NCBI GenBank assembly: GCA_041984885.1
Contig: JBHIXH010000003.1
Location: 30,823-94,822 of the forward strand
Length of the DNA: 64,000 nucleotides
Direction: 5' to 3'
Source: Gammaproteobacteria bacterium
Lineage (GTDB): Bacteria > Pseudomonadota > Gammaproteobacteria > Eutrophobiales > Eutrophobiaceae
Positions within the stretch are counted from its first letter, which is position 1, and the number at the start of each line of letters is the position of its first letter. This document shows positions 55,351-64,000 of this stretch, piece after piece. Under the pieces are notes generated by a model that saw only the letters and a list, made by a program, of their open reading frames with translations, was not told where the DNA came from and searched no databases. Both the position numbers and the translations under genes were made by a program.

Positions 55351-56094
55351 TTATGTATCTTGCTTCTTTAAATTCAGTATTATAAAAATCAGTGTCAATA
55401 CGGTAGCCATCGCGAACCACTGAAAGGCATAGCCCGTGTGTTTGGCCTCACCAAAGCCGGGCTTTGACCATTGCGCTACCAATGCCTGCTCTGAGTCAGG
55501 CGATAACCGAGTCAGTGCCCTGCTTAACTTTTCCGTGTACAGCGACTGAACTTCATCGATTTGAATATCATTGACCCGATAAATTCCATCGCCCAGTTTT
55601 TCTGCCTGCGCCGGTTTAAACATGACGCCAGTCGGTGGCTTACCGGTAATTTCTGCCTTGATCCTGACTGTTGCCGTCGCCGCTGACAGGTCCGGGATCA
55701 GGCTTCGGTCCAGGCCCGCTGCTATCCAGCCACGGTTGACCAGAAAAACCCTGTTCGTTTGTTCAAGTTTGAACGGCGTAAACACGTAATAGCCCGCCTT
55801 ACCATTCACAACCTGGTTATCCAGCAGCACATGCAGCGAGTTATCAAACTGACCGTTGGCCAGCACTCGCCGCCAATAATGTTTTTCCTCACCGGACAGC
55901 AATTCCATGTTTTCGTGCAGGGATGCCGGTGGCTGTTGTACTGATTGTTCGTAACTTATACGTAAACTACGTTTCTGATCCGCCCGATCCAGTTGCCACA
56001 GTCCGAGACCGATTAATGCCGGCAAGACGATCAACACGGCAACGGTCGGCCACAGTCCAGGACAAAAACGCCAGGCTCCGATTTGTAACTGCAT
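55351..56094 (-). CDS. SURF1 family cytochrome oxidase assembly protein
   Basis: 247 aa with N- and C-terminal TM segments. FLVNRGWI motif. Confidence 0.85.
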   Translation of the reverse strand: MQLQIGAWRFCPGLWPTVAVLIVLPALIGLGLWQLDRADQKRSLRISYEQSVQQPPASLHENMELLSGEEKHYWRRVLANGQFDNSLHVLLDNQVVNGKAGYYVFTPFKLEQTNRVFLVNRGWIAAGLDRSLIPDLSAATATVRIKAEITGKPPTGVMFKPAQAEKLGDGIYRVNDIQIDEVQSLYTEKLSRALTRLSPDSEQALVAQWSKPGFGEAKHTGYAFQWFAMATVLTLIFIILNLKKQDT

Positions 56095-56154
56095 ATGTTG
56101 TTAGTATGGACTCAAGGCTATACTGTGCGGATTCTTCTTCCTTGTTCCGTCGCG

Positions 56155-56415
56155 ATGAGTGCAGCCGTAGTCTTTAAAATCGTCATTTTAATCTTGATCG
56201 TCGTAATCCTGATCTCGCTCAGCTCCGGCATGATCTTTCTTGTCAAGGACCAGGGGCAGACAAGTCGAACGCTGAACTCTTTGAAAGTACGGATTTCACT
56301 TTCTGTACTGCTGTTTATCCTGTTGTTTGTCGGCTACTGCGCCGGCTGGATTCAACCGCATGGTATCTATCCCGAACAACCTTTATCGATGCCGCAAAAA
56401 GAAAATGACACTTAG
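56155..56415 (+). CDS. twin transmembrane helix small protein (DUF2909)
   Basis: Start at MSAAVVFKIVILILIVVILISL. Two TM helices. Usual member of gammaproteobacterial cox clusters. Confidence 0.65.
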   Translation: MSAAVVFKIVILILIVVILISLSSGMIFLVKDQGQTSRTLNSLKVRISLSVLLFILLFVGYCAGWIQPHGIYPEQPLSMPQKENDT

Positions 56416-56427
56416 CGTGTCATTTTC
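56401..56427. terminator. hairpin terminator shared by the DUF2909 gene (+) and coxC (-)
   Basis: GAAAATGACAC-ttagc-GTGTCATTTTC, a perfect 11-bp stem. On the minus strand it is followed by TTTTT. Confidence 0.7.
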
Positions 56428-56467
56428 CTGTACATCCGCGGTATAAATCACGGATTAATCATAGCGT

Positions 56468-57343
56468 TTATATCCAGTAAACAAATACAAACAAGCCGAG
56501 CCAGACCACGTCAACAAAGTGCCAGTACCAGGCCACGGCTTCAAACGCGAAGTGATTCTCCGGCGTAAAATGACCTTTGATCGCGCGCGCGAGTATGATA
56601 GTCAACATGATTGCGCCCATCGTCACATGAAAACCATGAAAACCGGTCAACATGAAAAAGGTTGAGCCATAGATACCGGAGCCCAGGGTCAGGTCCAGGT
56701 CTTTATACGCATGTACATATTCTTCCGCCTGAAAGAAGACAAAGATAAAACCGAGCAGAACCGTAGCGGCCAACCACCAGCACAGTGCCTTACGGTTATT
56801 ATGCTTTAACGCATGATGGGCAATGGTTACGGTGACACCACTGGCCAGTAATATGGCGGTGTTCAATGCCGGAATGCCCCAGGCAGGGATCACTTCCTTG
56901 ATCGTCATGTAGACGCTGCTGTCCGGTGACATCATCAACGGCCAGGTCGCCTGAAAGTCCGGCCACAGCACCGCATGCGTAACGAATTTTGCACCTTCGC
57001 CACCAAGCCACGGCACGGATAACACACGGGCATAGAAAAGCGCGCCAAAGAACGCGGCAAAGAACATGACCTCGGAAAAAATAAACCAGCTCATACCCCA
57101 GCGAAAGCTGATATCGACCTGCTTGTTATAGTTGCCGGACAGGCTTTCACTGATCACATCAGAGAACCAGCCAGCAAACAGATAAATCAGCGCCGCGATA
57201 CCAAGACCAAGAATAAACGTACCGAAACCGGAACCATTCAGCATGATGCCGCCGCCAATAAACGACGTGAACAATGCCAGCGTGCCGACTATCGGCCAGC
57301 GACTTGGCTCCGGTATGAAGTACTCCCCGTGTGAACTTGACAT
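56468..57343 (-). CDS. coxC: cytochrome c oxidase subunit III
   Basis: 291 aa. GFHGFHVTMG and WYWHFVDVVWL motifs. Confidence 0.93.
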   Translation of the reverse strand: MSSSHGEYFIPEPSRWPIVGTLALFTSFIGGGIMLNGSGFGTFILGLGIAALIYLFAGWFSDVISESLSGNYNKQVDISFRWGMSWFIFSEVMFFAAFFGALFYARVLSVPWLGGEGAKFVTHAVLWPDFQATWPLMMSPDSSVYMTIKEVIPAWGIPALNTAILLASGVTVTIAHHALKHNNRKALCWWLAATVLLGFIFVFFQAEEYVHAYKDLDLTLGSGIYGSTFFMLTGFHGFHVTMGAIMLTIILARAIKGHFTPENHFAFEAVAWYWHFVDVVWLGLFVFVYWI

Positions 57344-57393
57344 AACTAAACCCCTGTTTCTGGTTTTGTTTAAATCTGGATTAAATGTACAAA

Positions 57394-57975
57394 TCAGGTA
57401 TTTTTATTTTGTCCTGATTTTTCGGCGCTGGCAGTTTTATCGCTGCCGGGCACCTGAAAAAATGTGTACGAGAGAACCAGCGAGCCAAAGCGCTGCGGTA
57501 TCTCCGTATTGACGACAAACTTGACGACCATTTCCACTTCCTCGCCGGGTTTGACGCGTTGTTCGTCAAAACAAAAACATTCTGTCTTGTCGAAATAGAT
57601 CGCTGCCTGCGTTGGTGCGACGCTCGGTATCGCCCGGCCAACAATCTCATGGTCAGCGTTATTACGCACACGAAACACCGCCTCTCCAATCTCGCCCGGA
57701 TGCACGCGCACCTTGCGATCCACGACCTCGAAATCCCATGGCAACTGCCGGAGGTTCGTGTCGAACTCGACAGCAATCATACGGCTGCGATCGATACCGT
57801 CCGGATCCACTTCTGTTGCGCTGATCGTGCCTGTCTTGCCGTTCAGGCCGGTCAGATCACAAAACACGTTATAAATCGGCACTAATAAGTAACCGAAACC
57901 AAACATCGCAATCGCGACCGCGAATAATTTCGTCGCAGTTCTTCTTGTCGACGTGATTACCGCTTCAGGTTGCAT
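57394..57975 (-). CDS. ctaG: cytochrome c oxidase assembly protein CtaG/Cox11
   Basis: Start at MQPEAV. TM anchor, then VPIYNVFCDLTGLNG and the CFCF copper motif. Confidence 0.88.
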   Translation of the reverse strand: MQPEAVITSTRRTATKLFAVAIAMFGFGYLLVPIYNVFCDLTGLNGKTGTISATEVDPDGIDRSRMIAVEFDTNLRQLPWDFEVVDRKVRVHPGEIGEAVFRVRNNADHEIVGRAIPSVAPTQAAIYFDKTECFCFDEQRVKPGEEVEMVVKFVVNTEIPQRFGSLVLSYTFFQVPGSDKTASAEKSGQNKNT

Positions 57976-58093
57976 AAAATAAAATGAAACCAACATAAAA
58001 ACCCAACGCCACCAGACCCAGAATTATCGCCAGGCGAATATTCTTTTTCGCCAGATCATTATCCGGTTGTCGGGTTGCGTTGTGTTCGTTCAT
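57965..58093 (-). CDS. small single-TM protein between coxA and cox11 (42 aa; below the ORF-track cutoff)
   Basis: My translation is MNEHNATRQPDNDLAKKNIRLAIILGLVALGFYVGFILFYAT. Its stop overlaps the cox11 ATG (ATGCAACCTGA). An alternative ATG lies at 58102. Confidence 0.5.
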   Translation of the reverse strand: MNEHNATRQPDNDLAKKNIRLAIILGLVALGFYVGFILFYAT

Positions 58094-58110
58094 TTCCGGC
58101 ATTGCCTTGC

Positions 58111-59706
58111 TTATGAATGCGCCGTGGCTTCCGTCACCTGCGGCGGTGTCGTAAAGCTATGGAACGGCGGCGGAGACGGCAGCGTCCACTCCAGTCCGTG
58201 TGCGCTTTCCCAAACCTGATCGGTCGCTTTCTCGCCGCCACGAACACATTTAATAATGACCCAGACAAAAATCAACTGGCTCAGGCCAAAGGCAAAACCA
58301 CCGAGACTGATGATCTGGTTCCATTCCGTAAACTGGATGTTGTAGTCCGGAATACGCCGCGGCATACCGGCGAGACCAACAAAGTGCATCGGGAAGAACA
58401 ACACGTTGACCGAGATCGTCGACAACCAGAAATGCCATTTACCGAGCGTCTCGTCGTACATATGGCCGGTCCATTTCGGTAGCCAGAAGTACACGCCAGA
58501 GATAATACCGAAGATAATGCCCGGCACGATCACGTAGTGAAAATGCGCAACGATGAAATACGTATCGTGATACTGGAAGTCGACCGGCGTAATACCCATC
58601 ATCAGGCCGGAGAAGCCACCGAGCGAGAACATGAACAACACGCCGATAGCGAACAGCATCGGTGTCTCGAACGTCATCGATCCTTTCCACATCGTTGCCG
58701 TCCAGTTGAATATCTTCACCCCGGTTGGCACCGCGATCGACATCGTCGCGTACATAAAGAACAACTCACCGGTCAACGGCATGCCAACAGTGAACATGTG
58801 ATGCGCCCAGACGAAAAACGACAGGAACGCGATCGCGGCCGTCGCGTACACCATCGATTCGTAGCCGAACAACGGTTTGCGCGAAAACGTCGGGATCACC
58901 TGTGAAATCACGCCGAACGATGGCAACACCAGGATGTAGACCTCCGGATGACCGAAGAACCAGAAGATATGCTGGAACATGACCGGGTCACCGCCGCCGG
59001 CCGCATCAAAGAAACTCGTGCCAAAAAACTTATCTGTTAACAGCATGGTGACACCGCCGGCCAGGACCGGCATGGCAGCGATCAGCAGGAATGCCGTGAT
59101 AATCCAGGTCCAGACAAACAGCGGCAAGCGCATGAATGTCATACCGGGCGCACGCATATTGAACACGGTAGCAATGATGTTGATCGCGCCCATGATCGAT
59201 GAGATGCCGAGAAAGTGCACGGCAAAAATCAGAAATGGAAACCCGTCACCAAGCTGTAATACCAGCGGCGGGTACATCGTCCAGCCACCAGCCGGCGCAC
59301 CGCCTTCCATAAAAAACGTGGCCAGTAATAATGTAAATGCGAACGGCAGGATCCAGAAACTCATGTTGTTCATGCGCGGCATCGCCATGTCCGGCGCACC
59401 GATCATCATCGGGATCATCCAGTTGGCCAGACCGACACCGGCCGGCATCAACGCACCAAAGATCATGACCAGTGCATGTACTGTCGTCATTGCGTTAAAG
59501 AACAGCGGATCGACAAATTGCATACCCGGTTGATACAACTCGGCGCGGATGACCATTGCCATGGCGCCACCGACAAAGAACATGATCAACGCGAACACGA
59601 GATACATCGTGCCGATGTCCTTGTGGTTCGTTGAGAAGAGCCAGCGGCCTATGCCAGTCGGTTTGTGATCGTGATGATCGTCGTGATGTGCGACTGCTTC
59701 ACTCAT
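58111..59706 (-). CDS. coxA: cytochrome c oxidase subunit I
   Basis: 531 aa. NHKDIGTMYL and WFFGHPEVYIL motifs and the HHMF segment. Confidence 0.96.
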   Translation of the reverse strand: MSEAVAHHDDHHDHKPTGIGRWLFSTNHKDIGTMYLVFALIMFFVGGAMAMVIRAELYQPGMQFVDPLFFNAMTTVHALVMIFGALMPAGVGLANWMIPMMIGAPDMAMPRMNNMSFWILPFAFTLLLATFFMEGGAPAGGWTMYPPLVLQLGDGFPFLIFAVHFLGISSIMGAINIIATVFNMRAPGMTFMRLPLFVWTWIITAFLLIAAMPVLAGGVTMLLTDKFFGTSFFDAAGGGDPVMFQHIFWFFGHPEVYILVLPSFGVISQVIPTFSRKPLFGYESMVYATAAIAFLSFFVWAHHMFTVGMPLTGELFFMYATMSIAVPTGVKIFNWTATMWKGSMTFETPMLFAIGVLFMFSLGGFSGLMMGITPVDFQYHDTYFIVAHFHYVIVPGIIFGIISGVYFWLPKWTGHMYDETLGKWHFWLSTISVNVLFFPMHFVGLAGMPRRIPDYNIQFTEWNQIISLGGFAFGLSQLIFVWVIIKCVRGGEKATDQVWESAHGLEWTLPSPPPFHSFTTPPQVTEATAHS

Positions 59707-59753
59707 TTGTCTGTCCTCGTTTATATCTAGTCAGATTTATTAAAGTCATTTGA

Positions 59754-60896
59754 TTAACGTGCAGCCTTGACGTCTGTCGGCTGCAGCAGGTCGCCGGTGT
59801 CATTACCCCAGGCGTTACGTTCATAGGTTACGACTGCAGCCAGTTCAGCATCATTCAACTGCCCACCGAATGCGGCCATGGCCGTGCCGGCTTTGCCGTT
59901 CAGAACAATATCAATGTGGGCGGCAATATCACCGGTCGCAATCGGGCTGTCTTTCAGCGCCGGGAACGCGCCGGGGACGCCAGCACCATTCGCCAGATGA
60001 CAGGCGGCGCAGGCTTTCTTGTAGACCTCTTCGCCTTTTGCCATCGACTCTTCCATGGTGAACGTCTTGTTCGCCTCATCCGCCGCCGCTGCGGCTGCGG
60101 CCTTTTGTTCTTCTGCCCAGGCGACGTATTCTTCTTTCGGCACCGCCTTCAACACAATCGGCATGTACGCATGATCACGGCCACATAACTCGGCGCATTG
60201 ACCGCGATACGTGCCGGCCTTTTCAATATATGTCCAGTTGTCGTTGATGAAGCCCGGGATCGCGTCCCGCTTCCAGCCAAGATCCGGTACCCACCAGGCA
60301 TGGATCACGTCAGCGGCTGTCGTCAGAATTCGGACTTTCGTCTCAATTGGTAAAACGATCGGATTATCGACATCAAGCAGGTAGTTATCGTGTTCGGTCG
60401 GGTCCATGCCAGACTTCAGCTGGCGGATATCATTACTCCACGCATCCATGGCGCTGAAAAAGCCAAAGCCTTCGTCCATATATTCGTAGTGCCATTTCCA
60501 CTGGTAGCCAGTGACCTTGATCGTCATCTCGGCGTCTTCCGTTTTCTCCATCGCGACCAGCACTTTTGTCGCCGGAATCGCCATGCCGACGAGGATTAAA
60601 ATTGGAATGATTGTCCAGACGATCTCGGCCGTCGTATTGTGGTGAAACTGTGCCGCGACGGCACCTTTCGATTTACGATGATGGACGATTGACCAGATCA
60701 TGACGCCAAACACGAGCACACCGATGATCGTCACAATCCAGAGAATCAACATATGCAGGTCGTAGACCTGATTACTGATTGGTGTCACACCCCGTGTCAG
60801 GTTCAAACCATATTCAGCCGATGCCGGAATCGACATCAGCGTAGAGATCAAAGCGGTAATGCCCGCAGCTAAAGTTCGCAGCTTATTGACTCGCAT
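59754..60896 (-). CDS. coxB: cytochrome c oxidase subunit II with fused C-terminal cytochrome c domain
   Basis: 380 aa. CuA site HAWWVPDLG...CAELCGRDHAYM. C-terminal heme motif CAACHL. Confidence 0.94.
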   Translation of the reverse strand: MRVNKLRTLAAGITALISTLMSIPASAEYGLNLTRGVTPISNQVYDLHMLILWIVTIIGVLVFGVMIWSIVHHRKSKGAVAAQFHHNTTAEIVWTIIPILILVGMAIPATKVLVAMEKTEDAEMTIKVTGYQWKWHYEYMDEGFGFFSAMDAWSNDIRQLKSGMDPTEHDNYLLDVDNPIVLPIETKVRILTTAADVIHAWWVPDLGWKRDAIPGFINDNWTYIEKAGTYRGQCAELCGRDHAYMPIVLKAVPKEEYVAWAEEQKAAAAAAADEANKTFTMEESMAKGEEVYKKACAACHLANGAGVPGAFPALKDSPIATGDIAAHIDIVLNGKAGTAMAAFGGQLNDAELAAVVTYERNAWGNDTGDLLQPTDVKAAR

Positions 60897-60931
60897 GTAG
60901 CTTTCCCCAGCTAAATTTTATGAAATAAGAA

Positions 60932-61552
60932 TTACCCAGCATTGTTTTTTTCATTGTCCCGGTTCACTGCTGAGCAAAGCAACCGGGCCAAACCCTGACG
61001 TTCCTGTTCGTTCAGGAAGCGTCCTATCTCTAGTTGGCGACCGTGGGAACGCAACAACAGCCGGCTAGGATACCAGCTATTCCACGATCTCTCTAAAACA
61101 AAATTTACCCAGGCACGCTGGAACTCGTAGCGTTGCTCCGGCTGTCGGTGTCCGCGTTCAACCAGCACCGAATCGTCTGTGAACAGGATGACCTCCTGTA
61201 CGCCGCCACGCCAGGCCGAAATATACAAGGCGATACCCAGCGCCAGGACTTCCAGTCCGGAAAATGGCAGGATTAATGTATAGCCAAGCAGATAAAACGT
61301 GACGCCGACTGTCAGCGTCACTGTTGTAATCATTAAATAGATCGTCACGAGAGCTGACCAACTCATCGCCCGGTTTGGCATCACAATAAATCCGCTGCCA
61401 CTGTTGTCATCAGGACGAAAGTGATCAATCAACGGATGCCTCACAAAGCTCGATTTCGGCTGATGAGAATATGCCAGATTGCTGGTTTGGTGCAAGTTAC
61501 TGCGAGATCGGTGCTGATTATTTACGCCAGAGTACTGGACAACCTCTGCCAA
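60932..61552 (-). CDS. DUF2244 domain integral membrane protein (oxidase-cluster associated)
   Basis: PNRAMSWSALV...two TM helices...LPFSGLEVLALGIALY is typical of DUF2244. The true start is probably internal (family members are about 160 aa). Confidence 0.65.
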   Translation of the reverse strand: MAEVVQYSGVNNQHRSRSNLHQTSNLAYSHQPKSSFVRHPLIDHFRPDDNSGSGFIVMPNRAMSWSALVTIYLMITTVTLTVGVTFYLLGYTLILPFSGLEVLALGIALYISAWRGGVQEVILFTDDSVLVERGHRQPEQRYEFQRAWVNFVLERSWNSWYPSRLLLRSHGRQLEIGRFLNEQERQGLARLLCSAVNRDNEKNNAG

Positions 61553-62217
61553 TCCACTCCGCTCGACAGATCCGGGCTGCTGCTGTCTCGACTAAACGGT
61601 TGGCAGCCGAAATATGGTACCGCTAGTGTTTCTTGCAGGTAAGCCAACGTGCGTGACTTTTCCTGGTAATCACGATCGATTTCGTTGCCCAGCCAACCGA
61701 GTACGTGTATGCCATCGTGCTGCATCGCCTCGACCGTCAACAATGCATGATTGATACAACCCAGCCTGAGACCGACCACGAGCAACACCGGCACCGACAA
61801 TGCAGCGACAAAGTCTCTCGCTGTAAACGTGTCCGACCAGGGGACACGCCAGCCGCCGACGCCCTCGATAACGCAGTAATCAGCCGTCGCCTGCAGTTCC
61901 CCGGCTTTCTCCAGCAACGTGTCCAGGCTGGGCGAGACCTGTTCGAGGGCCGCGGCGATGTGTGGTGCGATCGGTGCCGCCAGCGTATACGGATTCACCC
62001 GTTCATACGGTTGCGGCGGATTACATAACGCACTGATTTGCACGGCGTCATCATTACGCAGTCCTTGCGGCGTGGACACGGCGCCGGACGCCACCGGCTT
62101 CATACCGGACACGCGCGCGCCCTGTCCAAGCATAAATCGCATCAGCAATGTCGTGACCACGGTTTTACCAATGCCGGTGTCTGTGCCGGTAACAAACAAT
62201 GTCGGGCAATGGCTCAT
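61522..62217 (-). CDS. bioD: dethiobiotin synthetase
   Basis: LFVTGTDTGIGKTVV P-loop. 231 aa. Confidence 0.92.
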   Translation of the reverse strand: MSHCPTLFVTGTDTGIGKTVVTTLLMRFMLGQGARVSGMKPVASGAVSTPQGLRNDDAVQISALCNPPQPYERVNPYTLAAPIAPHIAAALEQVSPSLDTLLEKAGELQATADYCVIEGVGGWRVPWSDTFTARDFVAALSVPVLLVVGLRLGCINHALLTVEAMQHDGIHVLGWLGNEIDRDYQEKSRTLAYLQETLAVPYFGCQPFSRDSSSPDLSSGVDWQRLSSTLA

Positions 62218-63071
62218 GACTTGTTCCGTCGCAACGCCTGTTTTGACACAAACGTTACCGGCTTTTCGTTGTTATCTCCGCTTGAATGCCTGCGCCAGGC
62301 ATGCGCGTAAATAATTTCGTAACTGAGCGGCAGTCTTTCCTCGTTACGCAACGCTTCATACGCATTGAGAAATTTTTTCATGCGCTGTTTGCCGGTCAAG
62401 CCGCGGTTGCGCAGTTCATGTGCATTGGCCGCACCCACGTGTTTCAGATCGTTAAACAAATCCCGGATCGATGCATACGTCAGCGTGATCGTTTCTGTTG
62501 ATAACACGGGCTGATCAAAGCCGGCCGCCATCATCGCCTGGCCCAGTTGTTGAATATCCGGGAAAAGATGCAGGGCCGGCGCAGCGCCGCTGTCGGCCCA
62601 GCTTTGCCTTAATTGGTTCAGACTGTTTTGTCCCAGCGTCGCCAACAGGCAAAGCCCGCCCGGCTGTAACACGCGTCGCTGTTCTGCCAGCGCCTGTTGC
62701 AGATCATGGCTCCATTGCAGCATCAAGCTGGAAAACACGAGGCTTAAACTGTTGTCACTGAATGGTAACCGTTCCGCGTCGGCGCAAACGAACAATTGTT
62801 TTCTAAACCAGCGTTTGTGTTGCCGGCGGGCCACGCGCAACATGTTTTCAGCGATATCGACCTGACATACCGCGTGTTTTGGAAACGCCTGTTGCAATGA
62901 TTTCACTGCATGGCCGGTGCCGGATCCCAGGTCCAGTACTCGGCCCGCCGGCAAGCGAAAGGCGGGCAACATTTCAACCAGCCGCTCCAGCACCAGTTGT
63001 TGAAGGGCGGCGTACTCATCATACGTGTCGGCCGCCCGGTTGAAGTTCTTTTTGATCGCTTGCTTGTCCAT
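62214..63071 (-). CDS. bioC: malonyl-ACP O-methyltransferase
   Basis: FNRAADTYDEYAALQQ...VLDLGSGTG. 4-nt overlap with bioD. Confidence 0.9.
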   Translation of the reverse strand: MDKQAIKKNFNRAADTYDEYAALQQLVLERLVEMLPAFRLPAGRVLDLGSGTGHAVKSLQQAFPKHAVCQVDIAENMLRVARRQHKRWFRKQLFVCADAERLPFSDNSLSLVFSSLMLQWSHDLQQALAEQRRVLQPGGLCLLATLGQNSLNQLRQSWADSGAAPALHLFPDIQQLGQAMMAAGFDQPVLSTETITLTYASIRDLFNDLKHVGAANAHELRNRGLTGKQRMKKFLNAYEALRNEERLPLSYEIIYAHAWRRHSSGDNNEKPVTFVSKQALRRNKS

Positions 63072-63074
63072 TGC

Positions 63075-63806
63075 TCAGGGGTGTGGCTGTAAAAACTGCT
63101 GGATCGCCGCCGCCGTCTCTCCCGGCAGCGAAACCGGCAGGGCGTGGCCACAATCGGGTATGACCTTGACGGTGACGTTGTCCGCCAGCGCGGCGCAGAA
63201 ATCCGCGGCTTCGACGGGCACCAGTCGATCGTTAGCGGCAAACAGCATGAACACGGGGCATGACAGCCTGGCTAACTGCTCTCTCTGATCCACCTGTTGT
63301 AAAAGCTGCAGACCAAGTTGTAACGCGACCGGGTCCGGCGCGGCTTCGATCATGGCTTGCTGCAAGGCTAGATTTATCGATTTCGGCGCTCGATCGCCAG
63401 TTGCACACCAGCCAACAAACGCGCGTAACGCCAGTTCGACATTGTCGTCCAGGCGCGCACGTAATCCGATTAATGCATCCAGACCGAGACCACACGGCCA
63501 GGCTGGTCGAAAAATAAAACTCGGATTACAACAAATCAGGATCAACGCAGTTAACTCGTTTGCGCGCTGACTGGCATACTCAATTGCGACGTTACCGCCC
63601 AGCGACCAGCCAATCACCACATCGCAGGCGCCAGCCTCGCCGGCCAGCGACGCTGCCACATGCTGCAAGCTGGACACGTCTTTTCTTTGCCGAACCAGTC
63701 CGGGCAGATCCAACGGGTTCGTTGTAGATAACTGCATTAATGTGCGTGACAACGGCTGCATCACGGACGCATCAAAACCCCAGCCATGTAATAACAGCGT
63801 TCGCAT
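63075..63806 (-). CDS. bioH: pimeloyl-ACP methyl ester esterase (alpha/beta hydrolase)
   Basis: LLLHGWGFDASVM and nucleophile elbow GWSLGG. Located between bioF and bioC. Confidence 0.8.
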   Translation of the reverse strand: MRTLLLHGWGFDASVMQPLSRTLMQLSTTNPLDLPGLVRQRKDVSSLQHVAASLAGEAGACDVVIGWSLGGNVAIEYASQRANELTALILICCNPSFIFRPAWPCGLGLDALIGLRARLDDNVELALRAFVGWCATGDRAPKSINLALQQAMIEAAPDPVALQLGLQLLQQVDQREQLARLSCPVFMLFAANDRLVPVEAADFCAALADNVTVKVIPDCGHALPVSLPGETAAAIQQFLQPHP

Positions 63807-63809
63807 GGA

Positions 63810-64000
63810 TCAGTCGACCGTTTGAATCACATCGGCCAACGTGGCAACCAGCGCGCGAATATGTTGTTCACTATGGCCCGCCGTCAATACTATACGCAGC
63901 CTGGCAGTCCCTTCCGGTACAGTAGGCGGCCGTATCGCAACAACATAAAAGCCGGCCTGCATCAGTTTCTTGCTTGCCAATAGCGCCGCTTTATCACCAC
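63810..64000 (-). CDS. bioF: 8-amino-7-oxononanoate synthase, C-terminal fragment (5' end outside the window)
   Basis: My minus-strand translation is ...GDKAALLASKKLMQAGFYVVAIRPPTVPEGTARLRIVLTAGHSEQHIRALVATLADVIQTVD*. The IRPPTVPxGTARLR motif is present. Confidence 0.85.
   Translation of the reverse strand, partial: GDKAALLASKKLMQAGFYVVAIRPPTVPEGTARLRIVLTAGHSEQHIRALVATLADVIQTVD

Overview
This looks like a 64-kb chromosomal segment of a roughly 50% GC gammaproteobacterium. I did not try to name the genus. Most of it is densely packed housekeeping DNA with Pseudomonas/E. coli-like synteny:
- pyrC-prime-like gene, pyrK-like gene and trmB-like gene
- an orphan pqqA
- rimK flanked by two putative peptidases
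- pilT, pilU, a third PilT-family ATPase and a PilZ gene, diverging from yggS-proC-yggT
- xthA and pyrE
- slmA, argB, algC-like, dut and coaBC as one tightly coupled minus-strand chain
- radC, pyrF, rpmB-rpmG and desA
- a GldA/F/G-like ABC operon running into mutM
- murU-amgK and yrbG-kdsD-kdsC
- a complete aa3-type cytochrome c oxidase structural and assembly cluster
- bioF-H-C-D

No rRNA, tRNA or CRISPR array was seen.

The clearly accessory part is about 32.7-41 kb, directly downstream of mutM. It contains a decayed chromosomal integron: an internally deleted intI remnant, an attI-like core, and four attC sites bounding small, AT-richer, co-oriented cassettes. One cassette gene carries an in-frame TGA.

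The integron is followed by a visibly GC-richer block encoding:
- an ECF sigma factor with a C-terminal extension and no anti-sigma gene
- a cytochrome c
- a truncated-globin pseudogene
- a Tat-like lipoprotein
- an internally duplicated His-bearing 4-TM protein
- a DUF2231 membrane protein

This block is bracketed by a 27-nt repeat that encodes the same nonapeptide with only synonymous differences.

The integron cassettes and this heme/redox-looking ECF module are my best candidates for undescribed biology. All calls rest on reading the translations and the DNA by eye; no database search was possible.
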